From: Ophelia neglecta
Lineage: Eukaryota
Assembly: GCA_965285935.1 (NCBI GenBank)
Contig: OZ260663.1
Span: 13,454,001-13,518,000, forward strand
Direction: 5' to 3'
DNA: 64,000 nt
The notes beneath the pieces are model-generated. The model saw only the letters and a program-made list of their open reading frames with translations, was not told where the DNA came from and searched no databases. Within the stretch, counting starts at the first letter, position 1, and each line of letters opens with the position of its first letter. The position numbers and the translations under genes were made by a program. Of this stretch, positions 23,842 to 38,400 are shown piece after piece.

Positions 23842-25492
23842 TGGTGTGAGGCTTTAATATCCCCCTTGTTTAAATCAGGGTCAAAGGCAGAGGTTGGTAA
23901 TTATCGTGGCATTTCTATTTTATGCACGGTTGGTAAGATTTTTATGAAAATTATCAACAATAGGTTGTCAAATTGGGCTGATGAATATGATAAATATAGT
24001 GAATATCAGTCTGCATATAGGAAGGGTCTATCGACAACTGATCATATTTTTTCGTTATATTCCATGGCTCAAAAGTATTTAAGCAAGAAAGGAGGTCGGT
24101 TCTATTGTGCCTACATTGATTTTAGTAAGGGGTTCGACTCAGTCCCTCATGTGCAGCTTTGGTATGTTTTGATAAAAGAAGGTATCCATGGAAAGGTTTT
24201 GTCTGTACTTAGATCCATGTATTCAAAATTACAATCCTGTGTAAAAACGCCCCATGGATTGAGTGAATTATTTAATTGTATATCAGGGACTAGACAAGGC
24301 TGTATGATAAGCCCTTTTTTATCTAGACTATACTTAAATGAACTCATTGAACTATTGTATTTAAATAATTGTGATGGAATATTTGTTACCAAAGATTTCC
24401 CCTCAGTTCTTCTATTGACGTATGCTGATGACATTTCTATGGTCAATGACATGGTAGGCCGATTGCAGATATTATAAGTATTTGGGCATATTGTTTTCAT
24501 CCAGATTATGCTGGACACCTTGTTTTAATACTCTGGCTGCACAGGCCGAGAAAGCTATGCGAGCAATACGTCTTCATAAAAAATGTGGTAGACTATCTTT
24601 CAATCTTTATTTTGATCTATTTGATAACTTGGTCCTAACAATACTCTCATATGGTGCAGAAGTTTGGGGCTGTGATGTAGGGGAGCAGATTGAGGCTATC
24701 CAAAGAAAATATTGTAAATTCGTTCTAAACGTCCCCTCACAGACACCAACAGCAGCTGTATCGGGTGAGTGCGGTCGACAACCAGTATATATTCACTGTG
24801 TCCTTAAATTTGTAAAATACTGGCTTAATGTATTAGAAATGGGCAATGACAGATTACCTAAGGCTTGTTATAATATGTTGAAGAATCGTGATGATAATGT
24901 GAGACAAACTTGGGCAGGCAGTGTACGCAGGCTTTTATTTTCCTATGGTTTTGGTCATGTCTGGCTTCAGCAAAGTGTTGGGGATAGACATATTTTTATT
25001 CTTGAATTTCGACAAAGAGTGTCTGATATTGCTGACTAAGATTGGCACAGTTATTTGTTATCATATAGTAAATTAGATATGTATTCAGGGTATAAATGGC
25101 AGCTCGAACCTGAGAAATATTTGTCTTGTCCTAGTATACCTTTTAAACATAAATGCTCTCTAGCTAGATTTCGGTGTTCAGCTCACAAGATAGCCATAGA
25201 AAAATATCGAGGTTTGATGGATAGAGAAGAGAGAATCTGTTTATATTGTCAGCATATATTTAACACGATTGTAATCGAAGACGAGTACCATTTTCTGTTA
25301 GTATGTCCATTATTTACAAAGCTTAGGACAACTTATATTAAGAAATACTTCTATGAGCATCCACCTTTGCAAACATTTTTCTCATTAATGTCCTCAAATT
25401 CTTACTGTGAGCTCAAAGATGTAGCAAATTTTATTCACAATGCCTTCATATTGTACAATGAGAATAGCTACATGTCTATTTCTGAGGTGTAA
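23842..25492 (+). pseudogene. Host LINE ORF2, RT and C-terminal zinc-knuckle-like region, inactivated
   Basis: ORFs 23824-24477, 24482-25039 and 25055-25492. Internal deletion and frameshift between GRLQ and YKYLG (~24472); in-frame nonsense codon at 25037. Confidence 0.88.
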
Positions 25493-27769
25493 CATCTTAA
25501 TTGTAAATTTATGGAACAATTGGGTGGTTATAATATGTCGTTCTTGTATGGACCATTTAACATGTATACTAAAACAGCTTTGTATAGACTATACTACATG
25601 AATATTTAAACATTTTGTATATATGTATATGTACCATGGGTCTATGGCACGATCAGTACTTGAATAAACAACAACAACAACATTAACTTAAAATCTTCAT
25701 ATAGTAATACACGTGCAAATTCAATATAATTTTTTCATTTATGTCACTTTCAATGTGTTTCTACAAGATAATTAGAACAAATGAATTGTCATGTTAATAT
25801 TCTCCTCAATGAAACAACATATATAAATGTGCATAGTCTCCTCAATAAAAGTACGTACTACCGCCGCGTCGTGTTTCAAGGGCTACATTACCCATTGGCG
25901 CCAAATTAATAGATATTAAAAGCGCTTCATTGTTTTCGTGATTTCACGGCGAACCGATTAACTGATAATAAGTAACGATAATGTTGACTTTCAATTATCG
26001 CCAACATCCACTATTCACTGCAATATTGTCAATAATTAATGCATTATTGAGCATCAGCAATCCAATAAATAGCACAAATGTATTTGTTAGTAAGTTGTTA
26101 TTTATTAATCATATACGCGGTATAAATATTAATTACTCTCTGTCAATACATATAGACTGTAATTTAATGGTCATCATTATTCTGAATAAATGATTTCTCG
26201 GAGAAATATTCCATGTGCACTTTCTGTCTGCCAAAATTTGTAAAATATTACCACATTGCACAAATCCTCTCTGTAAAATATGAAAGCTGCGATCACTTTA
26301 ATGTCCATGAATGGGCTAATAAACTTATTTCGTAGGCGGTGGAGAGAGGAGGGGTGTACTGCGGGATTGAGGGTGTATTTCCTTTCTTTAAGCTGCTTGC
26401 CATAATTCTATGGCATTCATACCCAATGTTGTCGCAATGAAAACTCTCTGAATGTTTAACCTTTGGATTATTTTTTTCAGTTAAAATCTGATATTTCAGC
26501 CAGTTGAAATAGCTTTGGCTATTCCCCACAGTTTTTCCCAAAAGTCGAGGGTATGAAAGGCTTCTTCTATAAGCACCCTATTTCGTCTAGCTTTCACTTG
26601 AACGCATTGTATTTGTTTTTGTTATTGAAAACGCCTGAATACTCGCGCTGTTTCCTGGTCAGCTAGTCTTCCTGCTGAGTGGGTCGGTGGGCAGACTGCT
26701 GGATATACTAAAATATCTCTATGGAAGGAATAATTGCCCTGTTGCCCCGTACTTGACGTAGAATGACTTGAAGTGCGTAATATATACCAGTATCATCCAG
26801 CGGTCCCAGTTACACCCAACGTGTTTTCAAGATAGAGTTGGCGGGTTGTTCGAAATGTATTGCTTGTCGGATTTTAAATCACGTGGTCCACATTCCTTAT
26901 ATTCCACCCGTATAGTCATTAATCATACAAGAGATAATGAGGTTAGAGTGGGCAGGGTTAAGACAAGCATGATCATGCTAAATTGATAGTGTGCATAGTA
27001 AGTGCCAAAGGAAAACATTCAGCTCTGCGGCAAGCCAGTTTAGAGATACGACACAAATGATGCAAGAAATATCAACTTTATGAAAGTCAAAATTCCCCAG
27101 TCTTACTTTTTCCAAATATGACAACTGCATTACATATATAAGCTTTTCATAAATGATACAGAAATAAGCACTTGACAAGAAATAGAGTAAGGTTCATATC
27201 AAAATAGACATACTGATGTGTATTAAAACATTATTACGTATATTATATATTTAAGTGCTTATTTGTTTTCCAATATAGACAGACATTTCAGAAATAATTC
27301 TGTATTTTCTTTCCAAAATGCGATTCCCTGCTCATGGAACTGATTCATTGTACTTTCCACGTGAAAAGTGTCTTTTCCCAGTCTTGGGCACTATTATACA
27401 TGGTTGATTGTTCTATCACATCACGTAGAAATTGTTCAGCCTTTGGGTTGGTGATTATTATCCTAAATGCTCGGTTTATGGTTTGTCAGCTTTGCAGTAT
27501 TACGTGACAATGTACGTGATTGATCAACTCTAGCTGACATAAGCTGCTTCAGTTTATCAGGGCATCCTTTTTTTAATGTTTCAGGGCTCAGTGATTGGGG
27601 CTGTTACGAGATCCACCTTTCCTTCTAATTGTTTATGTCGGTAAACACATTCATATGCTTTTATTCAATCAAGGGAAAGCTTTAACACAAGTATACATTT
27701 TTAATCGACAAAGTATGGTGTACCGACTAAACCAAATAAAACCAAACATAAAACATCAAGCTTTGGGAA

Positions 27770-28560
27770 ATGGTGTGTGGCAATAAAGTGAAATCATAGC
27801 AGCTAGAATTCACAAAGGAGATGAGAAAAAGTTCATCTTGCAATATAAACTTGATCACTGCAAATGCCTATAAAAAATGTCTCGGTGTAGTTAAAGTTAA
27901 GAACTAGCATGAATGAATAGAAGGTTTCTTTGTGGTGTATATATATGTGGTGTATATGCAAAAATATAATCACTATTTTGATTCAGTAAAAATCGCGCAA
28001 AACAGTAATAATGAGCACTGATAAATAATTTACCATCAAATTATGTGTCACAGAGTTACAACTAGAAACTTATATATGTGATGTGGGAACAAAATATTTG
28101 GGAAATACATGTTGGAAGTATAAATGATCGAGAATGTGCATGTAATTCCACGAATGGGCCTATGCAGGAAGATTCCATGGACAAAAATCCTTTCCAGAAA
28201 GATAATTATTATAATTCCTACCGAATAGCATATGATGCGGGAGAACCTGAATGCCCACATTGCAACATTCAGATGTATTGGATTGAAAATAGTATAAAAG
28301 ATTTTGGACAATGCTGCTGCGCTGAGGACCTTTGGTAGATGCTCGATACAAGAGACGGAAAGAAGAATCAATCAAAGCAGACAAATGAGATATTTTAAGT
28401 GGACCGTGCAATCGCCCGAGGGATTTAATGCCAGCGTGTGTTCAAAAAATGTAAGGCCAAAATGATTAAGGCAATTCAAAAAGGCTATGCAAAGAGATGG
28501 TTCTCAAATAAAGCTAATTGTAAGTGCATCTATGATTATCCATGCTTTTTTGATGAACCT
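27770..28560 (+). pseudogene. Decayed cysteine-rich coding sequence with modules ending in C-x-C
   Basis: ORFs 28078-28338 and 28438-28743 share one frame, broken by three stops. Modules end NDRECAC, DFGQCCC and NKANCKC. An upstream stretch, ARIHKGDEKKFILQYKLDHCKCL (~27800-27870), resembles KAIQKGYAKRWFSNKANCKCI. Acceptor-like tcacag at ~28053. Confidence 0.35.
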
Positions 28561-31500
28561 GACACACCTTTATCTGTGTTTATGGCTCTGAACCCAATGC
28601 TCTTGCTGTATGACACCTATAAATACATTAATAAGCTCTACATTTTAGCACATACTTTTAAGTTGTTTATAACTTTTCGAAAAATAAAACATATAATTAT
28701 TTCCTACAATGATCGAAACGTACGGGTTTGTGTGCCAATATAGGACAAAAGCCCTAATACAAAACATTCATGTATGCTCCACTCAACGAAAAGAAAAAGG
28801 GTAACACCCTTAGGCTAATTCTAAGATCTTGCTTAAAATGTAAGGTATAACTAAAACTATAATGGTCTATAATAATACTCTTACAAAATAAAGTTCCATT
28901 ACAATTTTTAGAAAAAAGACGGTGTAACAAATTTTCGCTTGACAAGTCTAATAACATAGGAGCTTTATTTTAAACCGTCGAATGACGTCTTAATGAAGGG
29001 TTGCTTTATTAACTATTAAATCGCTCCATTTGGTGGCAATGGGTGGGGGGTGGGGGGTTAGGAATTCACGTGAACAAAAGTAACATTTGAAATCAAACCA
29101 AGACAATCTCGATTACAACATTTTGGCAAAATAATTCTAACGATTGTTCCGGGTAGTTCATTTGTAATGTACATCTGGCACCATAAGCTACATACGTATG
29201 TACCCGTGGCAATCAACCTCACAGAAATGTTGTAATCATTTTGTGTTCTTAACCAGGTTTTCTGTCGTCTGCACAACACCTGGCTACCTAGCTTGCGAAA
29301 CTGTCCTCAAAGGTCAAACCAAGCCGCCCACCTGCACCTTGTGATTTATATTGGAAAAGAACTCAGACGAAAAATGTAATTACGAGAACAAGAGCAAACT
29401 ACATGGACGCAACCTGCAATCCAATCCTGAATATGGTCACCTGTCATTTGTTAACCAATTGCACGCTACAACGGAAACTACACTGATTGAACAATGGCAT
29501 GGACCGTGTGATGAATAAGGAGGGAATTTAATGTGTGACACAATTAGTTGTATTCACCCATTTCATGTACAAAATTTGCGCAAACGTTTAAAAGCCGAAA
29601 AACTGGTCGATAAAATGTTCAGTTGCAAACCTTTTTTTGTGTCTGAAAAATTATAAATAGGTAGTAAATTTTGATTTTTATCCAATAATTATCAAATAAA
29701 AAGTTACCTCTGACGATTAACTATGAACAAATCAACAAAATCAATTGTACATTAATTCAGTTACTTCATTATTTGCGACAAGAATGTCATTATCGTCAAT
29801 TCGTCATATGGTAAGATAAAACCATTACATATGCAAGGCCCTATTTTCTCTAGCCTCATTTTCCTTTTTTCTATTAAGCTGAATATATTATCCAAAGTAA
29901 TTGGATAACACGAATAACTTACCCAACCAAGCCATACGATTTTCCGTTCTAATGGGAATTTTTTTTACTAAAGATTATCAAAGAAAATTCTGTTCTACAT
30001 ATAGATGACCGTTTTTTAGCGAAAATATTTGATTTATTCAAGGACATTTTATAATAATAATACACACAAATCCGTGATAGAAATGCGCCCACAGTCCAAT
30101 TCCAAGGCATGGCTGTTATGAGCGAAATAACTTTCGAGAGGCAATATATTTGACAGGAAACGTGTCAGTATGCAAGGGGGAAAGCCTGAAAAATTATATA
30201 AATGAAAGATCATTCTTTGTCTGTTTCATATATATATATTACTAGCTGGCTCAATCTTCAAGGGCATCACGCCTTACTCGTGGCTCGTAATAGACAGAGA
30301 AAGATGCCTTGCAGAGAAAGGAGCGCTATAGTTATAATACCTGTCTACTGAACACAGCTAGTGTAAAATAAGTCTGTAGATACAAAGGCAACAGAAAATT
30401 TTGTTAGAAACATGCTGTGTTGGTTTTGTTCGATTCTAGATTTTGCAACTTGACCGGTTTTTTTTTAAAGTTACTTGTAGGTAGGTGTAACCGAAAAGGC
30501 TCAATATTTCATTCTTGTTGAAAAGAATGCTACAGAACTTGTAAAATAAAAATAAGGCCTAAAGATGATTAAGTAGAATTATAGTATAAAAATAAGCCTT
30601 ATGGTCAATTCGAACCAGTCGTGGATGTAGAATTTGGAAGTAGTATGAACAAAAAACATGTATAATGTCCTGTAGACTATACTTGTTATCGACTTATGAA
30701 ATGCCATATAATGTATATCTTAAAACTGCAACGTACACAGCTGTCTTGTGAGCTTTAAAATAATAATGAGAAACGATTCCATGCACGTTTTCACTTCACT
30801 TTGCTAAAGCCAACACAGTACTCGTTAATGTTTTCCTCTGCTTCCTGATGACATGATGCATAGGGGACGGGCGGGCTGTTCTTTGTGTGACGGGGACTTA
30901 AATGTGTGCAGAAATTAACAGAGATAAAGAGTGAGAAGAAAACATGTTTGTGGTTTCTTTTTAACTTGGCCGAAACTTTAATAAGAACAACTAATAAGTA
31001 TAGTGAAAATATGCCTGTTTTCAGATTGATAAAGTGAGATACAGATGTCATGTAACGCATACTATGTTATGATCTGTCCGTGGGAATAATGGAGTAATAC
31101 ACATAACTTTTTCCTATCTATTCTCATTTAACAGTGAATGGGGTATATTATACGCCCAACTACTGCCCAGCCCCCTCCCCCACCCCCACCCCCACCCCCA
31201 CCCTCACCCCAGTCCCTCCAAGATAGCCATTAATTAAACGCATTTAGCAATTATAAATTTATTAAACTATCAAAATATGCTTCCTCTTCTATGCACACAT
31301 TGTAATAGTATGCAAGTAATTGTGATACTTTAATCATATTCCAAAGGTAATGAGAACAAACATCCTTCTGCTCCAAATATAGAGGACTGAAGCGGATGAA
31401 CAATTGCAACTCGTAATAAGGCGAAATAGTCATCATTGTTTCTTTCCCAGACAGAATGAAAACAGCTATTCAGACTTTACCCAAGAAGTAACTTTTTAGC

Positions 31501-32289
31501 CATCCCCACAATGACATCATTAAGACGTTTGAGAAAACAATTATTAAACAATGAAAAAAATTCACAGACTCAGACACAGTTCAAGCTGTAATACTTTTTT
31601 GATAAAGTTTGTTGCCGTGGTGTGTTGTTCCTCTTAATTTTCTTAGGTTTCATGTGCTTCAAACTATTTGGGTTCTCGTGTTTTACTTATAAAATGAAAA
31701 TGAAGGGGCGGGAGAAGTGGCTTGTCAGGCAATTCGTTCCATGTAATCACGAACCGTCAGCTTCAGGCCAAAAAACAGCAATTCACATTTGAATAATGGC
31801 ATGCTTTGCCTACTCATGTGTTTAGGGATCATTATCGAGGACGACGAATCTACGTGAGGCATAATGAGCCGGAACAATTCTAACTAAGCCCATTTAATTT
31901 GTTTATTGTTTGTTCTTTAGTGTGGACAATCGAGTTCTTAGGGTTGCATCTATGCACTGTTTTCGCTATCATTCAAATATGATCATTCATGTATATATTC
32001 AGGTATATTTCGCATAAACAACGAGTGTAAACTCACATAAACGTAAAGCTCTGCTTTTCCTTTTCATTTATTTCATTAGTTTGGTCGATCTTCTTTTTTT
32101 GATATCAGAAACAATGTGTCATGCTAAAAATAATCTACAATTATGCTAAAAGAGAAACGGGGCCGAAATCCCATCTGTGACCTATCCAAAGGTCAGTATT
32201 TTCTTCTGCCAGGTCTGTCGTACTTTGCATGCGTGAAATCATATTATCAAAGTAAACGTTTTTTTATTACTGCCTTCTATCTGTGGGTA

Positions 32290-32457
32290 CAGTGAAAGCT
32301 GCTTTAAAGACCACCCCTATATCTCTATATTCAGACCACCTGTATGAAGCCCATACTGCATACTATTGATATTAAGTAAACTTTCTAAACATACCACCTC
32401 TATAATCAGACCAGTTTTCTGAATCCATTGGTTGGTCTCAATTCACAGGCTTCACTT
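32290..32457. mobile_element. Tc1/mariner (pogo/Tigger-type) MITE, 168 bp
   Basis: TA|cagtgaaagctg ... caggcttcactt|TA, with imperfect TIRs, TA flanks and internal (a)gaccacc repeats opposite ggtc at the right end. Confidence 0.75.
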
Positions 32458-35400
32458 TACACAACACGGTGGCATTGATTCGCATAGCTTACAATTGACA
32501 TCCAGCTAGATATCAATGCATACCTTAAAATCAGCATCTTTAAACATAGAAGCTGCCCTTTATATGGACTCACACAATGACTGCGGTAGGCGGGGGGGGG
32601 GGGGGGGGGGAGGGACGATGGCGCCTCCCTAACGAAAGTCGTCTGTCACATTTCAAGGCTTACTTTGCCAAATAACATACTATCAAAAAGGCATTAGATA
32701 TCCAACAGATAATACAAAATTGTTAATCATAATTGACAGTTCGTTTAAATCGGTGCGTTTCCATCAGTAATCAGCAGCCACGGCCCAGAAAACACGTATC
32801 TCTAGTTCCCTAACATTGATTAAAATTGTAACTCAATTATTGAAAAAAAGCAAACCAAACATTGGCTAGCGCAGGCGATGATATCGATGAAAGAAGAAGA
32901 AAGTTATTACATTGATATTAGTTCTAACATGAATATAAGCCTATAATCCCTATATATAGATTTGTTTTCAAAAACACACCAAAGAATATCATTGCGCTTT
33001 CAAAATGATATAGGTATTAGCTATCCTATCCTATAAAGTTAACAAAGTGAACCAGTATCTCTTTTACATGGACATGCTACAAGACAATCGAATGTATAAT
33101 GATTAATTCCTCAAGTCGTGCGTTGTAATAAGATAAAACGATTGAAATTCTAATGGGGTACGATACTTTATGATAACAGGGAATATTTCCAGGACTGCGT
33201 GATTTGCAATAATTTAATTACAGAATAAAGCAGCTAAGAGAACGAAAATATATAATGGCCGTTCGCCTTTTATAGCCCAGTTCCGGGTTCTCTGTCCATC
33301 AATAATAACTTAATACAGTTTATATAAGACACTGCCAGATGCCACACTAAACACTTTTTGGGGTCGGCTTAAACATGAGCAATCAATAGCAATACAGACT
33401 GTGTTAACAATACTTAATAGGAGCCCGTCTGGCTACACTATCGTCATAGTTGTTACATGCAAACAAACCAGCAATATATGACAGAGAGAATACACAATTA
33501 CAGTTACAACATAAAAGAAACTTTTGCTCATGGTCGCATGCCAAGATCACATACATGCCACTTAAGGTGACAGATTTCAATTACAACAGATAATTTACCA
33601 ATTACCCAGACTCCTGACACACAGTAATTACTTACTGTAAATACATATCTTCCCATAAGGTTTGCCAAAAATGTTGAAATCAAATTTTACCTTCAACATC
33701 CTGGTGATAAAAGTGTTAAATCGCACCTTGGGAATGTTAGTTCCTTTCTTGTCATGTCCGTTGGTTTAATAGACGATTACAGCATATATGATTACCTAGA
33801 TTTAGATCTCTGCAGCACTCTCCAATTTACCTCTTCGCATTTTGCCAAATCGATTCCTCTTCGTAATTTTGAACCAAAGCTAAAGTTCATAGTTTATAAA
33901 TCCAAAACTGTGAGATTGTTTATTCTCTATTAGTTTTGTTCATTGTTCTTTAAATATTATTATTATATATTAAATATTACATAGAATTAAAGTTGAAAAA
34001 ACGCAGTTGAGTTCTTATATTATTAAATTCAATTGTGCGTATAACTATTATTTGGAATAACATTGTTAAAATATGTGACTGATGCTATTAGCAATTTTCA
34101 CGCGAGATATTACTGACGAAACGCTTGCATTAAAAATCATTTGTATTAAAATGTTGATACGGTTATATGATGGAGAATGTATTCTAAGCATTGTTATACA
34201 TAAACACGTGAACATCATCATAAATAACACTACAAATTGAAACTACATGTTTCTTATTTACTGTAAATGTAATCTTAGGTTTGTTTTTATCTCAGTGCAT
34301 ATGATTGTTGCAAATTGTCTGCAGCCGACAGATTGCTTGATTAATAGCTGGTTTTATCCGAGACCCAGACTTCAACTCTTGGCAGGCGAAAACCCCGCGA
34401 GACCATCTTAATGGAAATCAGATCTGACAGTATCTCCTCCTTGGATAAACCTGTTTGAATGTCCTGAAATATGAAGATAAATTCGTTGTACATCACATGC
34501 CATTACTAACCACGAATTACTTGTTAACATGTTAGATCTCACTGATGTAACATACAGCCCACACAAATGTATCATTAAAAGAAACAATCTGCTTTATTAC
34601 ACACGGGGATGCAAATTTAACTGGAGAAGTCATGCAGCTTTTAGTTCGACGGGGGGTTCTAGGCAACTAAGAGCAAATAAAATGGTTTAATGTTTTCAGT
34701 AAATGGTTATTTTCACTCAAATTGGAACATGCCAGTAGAGCATACTGACAATACTGGAGTGGATAACCGACATATAAAGCAAACTCCTTTATCCCTATTA
34801 TTAATCGATCTGTAACCAATGTAGCCCTACCCCATCCTGACCCCCAGCACGGGCCTCCACCGCCCATCCGGCTTCATCATTTCCCCGGGCCTCCCCCTAG
34901 CTTTTACACCCGTGAACGAGAGTGGTGAATGATAGTATTACACCGGATAAATTACAGGTTTCCCTCGTTGACAACCCGATTCATGATACCTTGCAAATGA
35001 ATATTAGTGTGTGCATATAAGTATTATATTAACACTATATTTATGTGAAAACGGGCGAGATAGCGATTCAATAAAATGGTTTCATTTAAACTAGCACAGC
35101 TGAAACAGTACAACGCATGTTAAATGTTTAAAACGTGAATATAGCGCTCTTTACAAAAATGCTCATTCGAAGTAAATATATATAAATATGTCTACAGTAC
35201 TTGTAACTAAACCTTTCGAGATATAAAGAGGGAAGACCATCAATTGCAATAAAGAGAGCAATGCAATTTTGAAAGTAATCCTGCTAGGAACTGGCCACCA
35301 TTTAAATTGCCTCAGCATTCGTGTTTCATGATTACAGTTTCCCATTAACATGAAAGGTATGGCTGCCGAGTTCTGGGCTTGACATATTTCAGCGGCTTTG

Positions 35401-38400
35401 CCGGTAATCTACGTAACAAGGCACCGATGTACCCAAAGCATGGTTTATAATCTCGGCTTTCTCGCGGGTTAGATACATGAGAATGTGTCTGATATTATGA
35501 GGCTGTATGTTGGGTGCTCTGATCATGTCATTTGTGAAATGTACATCAAAATCATGCGCGTGAAATGGTAACATGCATGATAATCGTGTAAACAAATATA
35601 CAAGTACAAATCAACATACCTTTTTGACTGATTTGATTTAAATAACTTATTTATTCCTATTGTTCGGCGCTATGTGGTTTAAAACATGCTGAGATGAATC
35701 AATCTGCATTAGCCTGAGTACCTGGTCGGTAAGGCTGGGAAATCCGTCCTTTTGAGTGTTGTAATTAGCAATGATACAGCGACGTATTAATACCGAGTGA
35801 TGTACATCATCATCACATCATCTTAAGCGGTTCCACTTAAACCATTTACATGTTATCTACATAATATGAGATTCGCCCCATTTTAATATATCAATCAACA
35901 GTATAGTGATTGCCGGCAAACCCTTCTTGCGCCTCTTGGGAAAGCATTGACACACAAGGCTAGGCCCACAACAATATAATGCTACCACATAAAAGATATG
36001 AATTGACGCACGTTAACAAGATACCTCATAATATGAATAAAACGATATAATGTTAGCTCGTTTTGTGAGGCTCATGCATACTATATAGTATGGCCCTGCT
36101 ACGAGAAACTCGGATCATGTACAAAACGGGAGTTGATACCCGGCAGACATACCCAAACCGTTGACGAAGAATAGTCTTGTAATTCGGTCCAGCAGCCACA
36201 GCACAACCGGGAGCAAAAAGTCGGGGACTAAGATTATTTAGACTCCTCTTTTCAAGGAGATCGACTGTTAACGTTACGGTTCTGAGGCCGATTTTTGGAG
36301 CAGATAATGTTTACGCAATGAAACCACCGTCTGTAGAACTGTATTTACGTGTCTACCGTTATCGCTTTCTATGTTAACATCAATGGGAATAGTTAAGCCC
36401 ACTGGTTTTAATAACATTACTCTTGAAGTTATTTAATTGATAAAGGCTTAACTTATGTATTTATTAAGCGCTTTAAGAAATACTCAAGTTCATGTACTGT
36501 TATTTTTGAAAAAGTTAAAGTTTCTGAAAAGTATCATTAAAGAAACCTGCATCATTTAAAATTATTATGGCGAGTTGACTTAGAGTTCATTTTAAGCCGG
36601 CCTAGCGTGTTTAAACTTCAGATGTTTAACATAAACTGCTTGAATTTGAGAATCGACTGGAACACATTAAGACTACACGATTCGGAAGTGTAAAAATAGC
36701 AGTAATCTAATTCCCCCAGACTGCAGTGTGTACTCTCAGAGAGTTGGCTTATGCCAGGGCATTCGCTAATAATAAGACACACAACACTGATGTCAAATGT
36801 TCTGACATATGGTATTGAAATCTGCTGCTTGAAATGGGAAGTTTCCTTACCCACAGATAAATAAGTGTGTCAATGTATACCGCGCGTATTTCTGAAACCC
36901 TATAAAGGATTAAATCAAGCTAATAAAAGTCAATATCCAATCAATCTCATTTAATACAAATAATATCTTTTCATATGCAAGTTCAAGTTGTCATTGTTTA
37001 TCATCTTCGCATTAACACATTACGCTAGATTTTAATGGACGTTTCCATCAATTATAGGCCTAGGGATCATGATCACCCGTACAGTAAAGATATAACATCG
37101 GATGTTGCATAGGCTTATGTTTAGTCAAAATAAGTGTGTCTGACTACACGCCAAAAATTTAACTGCACTATCGATGAGATATAGCCTCATATTTCCTCTT
37201 TAGTTTGCAGACAGTTTGATATCCTACTTTGGTCTTGTGTTCATTGAGACAAATGAATTTGTTCAATGATATATTCTCTCACTCACAAGATGAGCTGTGA
37301 CTTTTTTTTTGTGATGTGACTCTCACCAAGAAATGCTGTTGATCATTTCTGTTCGCAAAAAAAGCAGGCCGATGTCTCAGGATGGCATTATAAAATAAAT
37401 AGCCATGCTTAATCTAATAAATGTTTAGCTGAAAGCTTTGGCAAAAAAAGGCCGTTGTACCTGTTCTGCCACATGTGGCGGCTACCCATCACCGACGAGG
37501 CCATAAGTACCCAACGTGTTTTGGTTTGTTTAATATTCATAAGCACAAAGTTTACTAACCATCAGTTTTATCACTGGCACATTTATATTTGCAATGGAGA
37601 ACATTACACATGTATGCCAATCAACATTAATGTGATTTTGCCCAAATGACATAAAAAATGCACTGATGTAATTATGAGTTTGGTTATTTGTAAACTTAAT
37701 AACACGTTATTATAATGATTGATTCTAGTGTGACGCCAAGGCCTTCGTAGATGTGTAGCAAAAACGTTGGGATACAATACCACGTTGAGTTACTGAAATA
37801 TTCTCAGAAAAAGATGAGTGTCACGTGTTGTATGGAGAAAGCACTTAAAACGTATAAAGCTCTGTAAAAGTTAACGCTATTTTTCTAGAAACAACCATCA
37901 AACACAAACAAACCACTAGAGGGCGGTTGTATTCTCCACTAATGTACTACGGTATTGAGTCACCATAAGGTTTCATCGGCCTCTACCTGGCAAATGTAGA
38001 CGAAGAATTTCTCTGGCAACGCCCACACATTGCCTAGAAAATGACATCCGCATTTTGTGATTGTAAGCTCCGGCCGAATATGTAGGATTCATCTAGCCAC
38101 GTTGCCTGTAGGTTTGTTTTGTATGAGATTTTTATTTCCTGTTCTATGCGGAAATATATATTGTTGTGTTGACTTCGCTGGCAGACTTTCTTCCGCCATA
38201 TATCATGAGAAATTTCGGTTACCGCTAAAGCAAATAAGGAACTCTTCTGCAACTGTAACTGAAAAACAAATACCCTAATCGTTAAGGAAATTGGGCGATA
38301 AAATGCGTATAGATAAAAATTATTATTACCCAGCTACAATATGATATGAATGCGGGACCGGTTTTAAATTAACCTATTAACGATGCAGGTCCTTGCTAGT

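Larger units (their letters stand above)
18480..25682 (+). mobile_element. 5'-truncated CR1/L2-group LINE (host element), split by a nested insertion at 19051-23841
   Basis: Open frame 18486-19050 (..LPNGKAAGPDGIIYEMFK..GVYPDSWC) resumes at 23842 (WCEALISPLFKSG..NYRGISIL..IDFSKGFDSV..GTRQGCMISP..YADD). C-terminal CLYC...EDEYHFLLVC. 3' end is AATAAA plus a (CAA)n tail at ~25663-25682. Confidence 0.92.

Noticed and set aside
19995-24518. Short antisense and off-frame ORFs within the nested LINEs (also those at 60084-63854)
   Set aside because: Shadow frames of long retroelement ORFs with no independent motifs.
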